From positions 1 through 32,000 of the forward strand of contig ACYB01000021.1 in assembly GCA_000175855.1 (NCBI GenBank): DNA of 32,000 bases. Direction: 5' to 3'. A program made the translations under genes and the position numbers. The stretch's first letter is position 1; the number at the start of each line of letters is the position of its first letter. Below are positions 28,250 to 32,000 of this stretch, piece after piece. This stretch comes from Raphidiopsis brookii D9. Its GTDB lineage: Bacteria > Cyanobacteriota > Cyanobacteriia > Cyanobacteriales > Nostocaceae. The notes beneath the pieces were generated by a model. The model searched no databases, had not been told where the DNA came from, and saw only the letters and a program-made list of their open reading frames with translations.

Positions 28250-28431
28250 TGTAAAATTTAAATTACATTTTTAAAACCCAAATAAATGTATCATATTCAA
28301 ATCCACTAGTCATGCGATCGCCTGGGCATTTAGTAGGATGGGTTATTTGTCGAGCTATGGGGAGTATCAGACGTTAACTATCCTACATTACACATTTTTT
28401 ATTATTGTATAGCCTATACAAGCGTAAAAAT

Positions 28432-28623
28432 CTAGTATGGAACTACCTGAACTCTGCCCGCATCCATTTCTGCCATTAACAGCTCTAGAGCTTCGTAGTC
28501 AACGTCTGAAATATAACCTAATTGGGTGAGTTCCGAATTAATCTGATTCTCAATTTCCAGTGTCAGCTTTTTTGTTTGCAGAGCCTTTTCCACAAGCTGA
28601 CGTATTGCGTATTTTGTGTTCAT
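28432..28623 (-). CDS. Small conserved hypothetical protein (63 aa)
   Basis: Isolated ATG ORF with a helical, acidic sequence (IRQLVEKAL...LTLEIENQINSEL...DVDYEALELLMAEMDAGRV). It resembles small cyanobacterial proteins I recall with the pattern E..I..L....S.EDY.AL..L. There is no functional assignment. Confidence 0.55.
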   Translation of the reverse strand: MNTKYAIRQLVEKALQTKKLTLEIENQINSELTQLGYISDVDYEALELLMAEMDAGRVQVVPY

Positions 28624-28922
28624 AACTAACTAACTGGTTGTAATTATTACTCATTACCTGAAATTAAAACACTAGTTCACACTCCCGGAGCTGGAGATTA
28701 TTTTGTAGTTGGCGAATAAAAAAGAGCGGACATATTCGATAGGATGGTATTTTAGCATATAAAAGAATAATTAACTAAAATCCCGACTTTTTTTAACATT
28801 TTTTCATAATAGATGGAATTTGGTAGAATGGATCTGTAGAATTGAGAATTATTTGACCGAAAAAAGTTCCCTTGGCTAGAATGATAAGTAATAGCTACTA
28901 ATTAACTCCAAAATAATAAAAA

Positions 28923-31529
28923 GTGACTGTTTCAGTAAAAGAACTAATAACACCGGACATTTTAAAACCGGCACGCTACCTAGGGAATGAGTACTTAGCC
29001 ATACATAAACCATGGGAGCAGGCCAAAGTGAGATGGGTTTTAAGCTACCCAGAAGTATATGAGGTAGGAGCTTCCAACCTAGGACATGTTATCCTTTATA
29101 ACATCCTCAATGCCCAGCGGAATCAACTGTGTGATCGATCTTACCTTCCTGCACCCGATCTAGGTGCGAAATTGCGTCAAACTCAAACGCCCCTGTTTGC
29201 AGTAGAGTCAAAACGCCAGTTAAAAGACTTCGACATTATCGGATTTAGCCTCAGCTATGAACTGGGGGCGACAAATATCCTGGAAATGTTGGATTTAGCC
29301 GGAATACCGCTCATGCGGGAACAAAGAGGAGGGGAGTACCCGTTAATTTTTGCTGGTGGACAAACAGCAACCTCAAACCCCGAACCTTACACTGACTTTT
29401 TTGATTTTATCGCCCTGGGTGATGGAGAGGAACTGCTGCCAGAAATTGGACTGGTCATAGAAGAGGGTAAAGCAGGGGGTCTAAGTCGAGAAGAACTGCT
29501 GTGGGATTTAGCACAAATTCCAGGTGTGTATGTGCCACAGTTTTATAAAATGGCAAATGGTCAAATAAGAGCTTTGCGACCGGATGTACCGCAAAGAATT
29601 ATTAGAAGAGTAGCTGTGCCCATACCTGCCTATTCTATAGGTCTAGTGCCATATATGGAAACAGTGCATGATCGTTTAACAATAGAAATCAGAAGAGGTT
29701 GTACCCGTGGTTGTAGGTTTTGTCAACCAGGGATGTTGACAAGACCAGCCAGGGATGTGGAGCCAGAAAAAGTGGTAGAAGCCATAGTTGATGGAATGCA
29801 CAAAACAGGCTATAATGAATTCTCACTGTTATCTTTAAGTTGTTCCGATTATTTATCCCTACCTGCAGTGGGGATGGAAATCAAAAACCGCCTAAAGAAT
29901 GAAAATATTACCCTGTCTTTACCTTCCCAAAGAGTGGATAGATTCGATGAAAATATTGCTAAGATATTAGGAGGGACAAGACAAGGGAGCTTGACCTTCG
30001 CACCGGAGGCGGGTAGTCAACGGATGCGCGATATTATTAACAAAGGTCTAACCAACGAAGAGTTATTGCGGGGCATAAAAACAGCTTGGGAAAAAGGTTG
30101 GGATAAAATCAAGTTGTATTTTATGATTGGATTGCCAGGGGAAACGGATGCGGATATCCTGGCCATAGCAGAAACCGTCAGATGGTTACAACGAGAATGT
30201 CGCGCCCAGGACAGAAGGTCTATCAGCTTTAACCTGACAGTCTCTAATTTTACACCTAAACCTCACACACCTTTTCAGTGGCATTCTGTTTCCACATCGG
30301 AATTTGTCCGCAAGCAAAACCTACTCAAGCAGGAATTTCGCCGAACCAGGAATGTAAAGGTGAATTTTACCGATGTTCGTCTTTCTGCAATGGAAGACTT
30401 CATTGGTAGGGGAGATCGGACTTTAGGGAAGGTTCTCAAACGAGCATGGGAATTGGGTGCAGGAATGGACTCCTGGTATGACAGTGTAGAAACTGCTTTT
30501 CGAGCTTGGGGAGAAGCTATTTCTCAAGCAGGACTGGACTGGAAATACCGCCAGGTAGAAAATGGTGAATGGAATGTAATGGAAATGGGAAATGACAATT
30601 TCATTAACTTCGATTCTCGATTGGAAGCACCTTTACCATGGGATCATATAGATACCGGGATTGATAAAAGGTGGTTACAAGAAGATCTAAAACGGGCTTT
30701 AGCTGCGGCAATCGTTCCCGATTGTTCTTTTGAGGGTTGTTCCCATTGTGGTGTCTGTAGTACAGATTTCGGTCACAATGTGGTAATTAAACCCTACCCC
30801 ATACCAGGGTTCGCAGGCGATTTTGTTCCTAATACCACCAGGGTGCAAAGGTTGAGGGTGTGGTTTGGTAAACAAGATGATATGGCTTTGGTCGGTCACT
30901 TGGATTTGATGCGGTTATTTGATAGGGTAATTAGAAGAGCGGGTTTACCAATTGCTTTTACTGGAGGATTTCATCCCCATCCCCGCATTGCTCTAGCAAG
31001 TGCTTTGTCTGTGGGTAGTACCAGCAGTGGGGAAATTTTGGATCTGGAATTAACCCAATCCATGGATCTAGAAGACTTTCGTTGCCAATTGGTACACCAA
31101 CTTCCCTCCCATATCCCCATATATCAAGTCCAAGAAATAGACTTGTCATCACCTGCTGCTAATCAATCTATGGTAGCAGCTGAATACTTGCTCACCATTT
31201 CTACTTCAGAACTAATTAACGCACAAACATGGCAAAATTGGATAGTATCCATATTAGCTAGAAAAGAGATTTTGTCAGAACATCAGACAAAGTCTGGGAA
31301 GCAGCAAATCATAAATCTGCGCGATCGCCTGTTTGAGCTAAGTCTAGTCAAATTAGAAAACTCATCAGTGGAATCTGAAGCCATTGTGCGTTATTTGGGT
31401 AGCTGTCGTCATGATGGTGTGATCTTGCGTCCTGAGCAAATATTGTTTATGCTGGAGATGGTGACCAGTGTAAAATTTCAACTTTTGCATATCCACCGTA
31501 ATCGGATAGTTTTGGGAACCGCAAATTAG
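28923..31529 (+). CDS. B12-binding-domain radical SAM protein (TIGR03960-type) fused to a DUF2344 / TIGR03936-type radical-SAM-linked domain
   Basis: 868 aa. N-terminal KPARYLGNE, the radical SAM cluster motif CTRGCRFC (CxxxCxxC), and a C-terminal segment of about 230 aa starting RLRVWFGKQDDMALVGHLDLMRLFDRVIRRAGLP that is typical of DUF2344. GTG is the first in-frame start after a TAA. Confidence 0.92.
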   Translation: MTVSVKELITPDILKPARYLGNEYLAIHKPWEQAKVRWVLSYPEVYEVGASNLGHVILYNILNAQRNQLCDRSYLPAPDLGAKLRQTQTPLFAVESKRQLKDFDIIGFSLSYELGATNILEMLDLAGIPLMREQRGGEYPLIFAGGQTATSNPEPYTDFFDFIALGDGEELLPEIGLVIEEGKAGGLSREELLWDLAQIPGVYVPQFYKMANGQIRALRPDVPQRIIRRVAVPIPAYSIGLVPYMETVHDRLTIEIRRGCTRGCRFCQPGMLTRPARDVEPEKVVEAIVDGMHKTGYNEFSLLSLSCSDYLSLPAVGMEIKNRLKNENITLSLPSQRVDRFDENIAKILGGTRQGSLTFAPEAGSQRMRDIINKGLTNEELLRGIKTAWEKGWDKIKLYFMIGLPGETDADILAIAETVRWLQRECRAQDRRSISFNLTVSNFTPKPHTPFQWHSVSTSEFVRKQNLLKQEFRRTRNVKVNFTDVRLSAMEDFIGRGDRTLGKVLKRAWELGAGMDSWYDSVETAFRAWGEAISQAGLDWKYRQVENGEWNVMEMGNDNFINFDSRLEAPLPWDHIDTGIDKRWLQEDLKRALAAAIVPDCSFEGCSHCGVCSTDFGHNVVIKPYPIPGFAGDFVPNTTRVQRLRVWFGKQDDMALVGHLDLMRLFDRVIRRAGLPIAFTGGFHPHPRIALASALSVGSTSSGEILDLELTQSMDLEDFRCQLVHQLPSHIPIYQVQEIDLSSPAANQSMVAAEYLLTISTSELINAQTWQNWIVSILARKEILSEHQTKSGKQQIINLRDRLFELSLVKLENSSVESEAIVRYLGSCRHDGVILRPEQILFMLEMVTSVKFQLLHIHRNRIVLGTAN

Positions 31530-31861
31530 GCCTAGTTACATCAGTGAATTTATTAAGTCAGAGAGTGTCAAGGGAAAATAGGGGGAAAACCCTGTCCGTT
31601 GAGCGGAACTTTTTGATAGAATGCTACTAGATTGGTAGACCCATGGTTCTACCCCGAGGTCTCCAAACTCTTAGCAATGATCAAGCGTGTGCAACCCAAT
31701 TACCCAATTACAAAAGGCCATGGGCTTCCTGGTTTGTGAAGCCGTGTCCGTGAGGAAAATTTTTATTACCAGTAGCAGTCCTAGGGCTACCAGTGGGGCT
31801 AGAGGTATAAAATAAGCTCCTCTTAATCCCCATTGGTGCTGCCAATTTTTGAGGAACTTGA

Positions 31862-32000
31862 ATGCCAAAACAAATTATAATCGCAGAACAGCATCAAATT
31901 GCTGCCGTATTTTCCGAAGATCAAATACAAGAACTAGTTGTAGCAACTGGTCATCACCAGATTGGTGATATCTATTTAGGGGTTGTGGAGAATGTATTAC
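31862..32000 (+). CDS. rne: Ribonuclease E (N-terminal 46 codons; truncated by the window edge)
   Basis: MPKQIIIAEQHQIAAVFSEDQIQELVVATGHHQIGDIYLGVVENVL is the characteristic cyanobacterial RNase E/G N-terminus leading into the S1 domain. Confidence 0.85.
   Translation, partial: MPKQIIIAEQHQIAAVFSEDQIQELVVATGHHQIGDIYLGVVENVL

Noticed and set aside
31671-31868. 65-aa minus-strand ORF with a hydrophobic stretch in the rne leader, overlapping the rne start.
   Set aside because: It depends on a TTG start, has no RBS, and overlaps the rne initiation region. The region is better explained as the rne 5' UTR.
1-32000. CRISPR arrays, tRNA/rRNA genes, transposases, integrases, reverse transcriptases and DGR- or retron-like elements.
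   Set aside because: I scanned the intergenic regions and the ORF list. No spaced direct-repeat arrays, tRNA-like T-arm signatures, or ORFs with the corresponding catalytic motifs were seen.

Overview
This looks like a chromosomal window from a low-GC cyanobacterium. The HIP1 octamer GCGATCGC occurs 13 times. HemJ, a group-2 sigma factor, DUF760, a 4-Cys-prefix kinase-like protein and RNase E behind a long leader suggest a Nostocales-type genome; the taxon is inference only.

About 30 protein-coding genes are supported, and most are housekeeping:
- carB, mutT, hemJ, a PBP4-type dacB and cobO
- a pair of M16 peptidases
- a Zn/Mn-type ABC importer
- a deoxyhypusine-synthase-like enzyme
- malic enzyme, miaE and an SDR
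- a radical-SAM/DUF2344 fusion lying directly upstream of rne

I could not recognise any rRNA, tRNA, CRISPR array, transposase, integrase or reverse transcriptase.

Accessory or decayed content is concentrated between 6.3 and 13 kb:
- A VapBC-type toxin-antitoxin cassette sits between the N- and C-terminal remnants of an alpha/beta-hydrolase gene.
- An uncharacterised 300-aa protein carries four C-terminal CxxC pairs.
- A membrane protein combines a 4-Cys zinc ribbon, a kinase N-lobe without a catalytic C-lobe, a TM helix and an unknown outer domain.
- A GC-richer, disrupted AAA-ATPase/PD-(D/E)XK gene follows.

I do not see a clear multi-gene novel system. The strongest leads are the N-lobe-only pseudokinase membrane protein with its upstream hydrolase, the radical-SAM fusion linked to rne, and the TA-in-pseudogene arrangement. 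All functional calls come from reading the translated ORFs; no database search was run.
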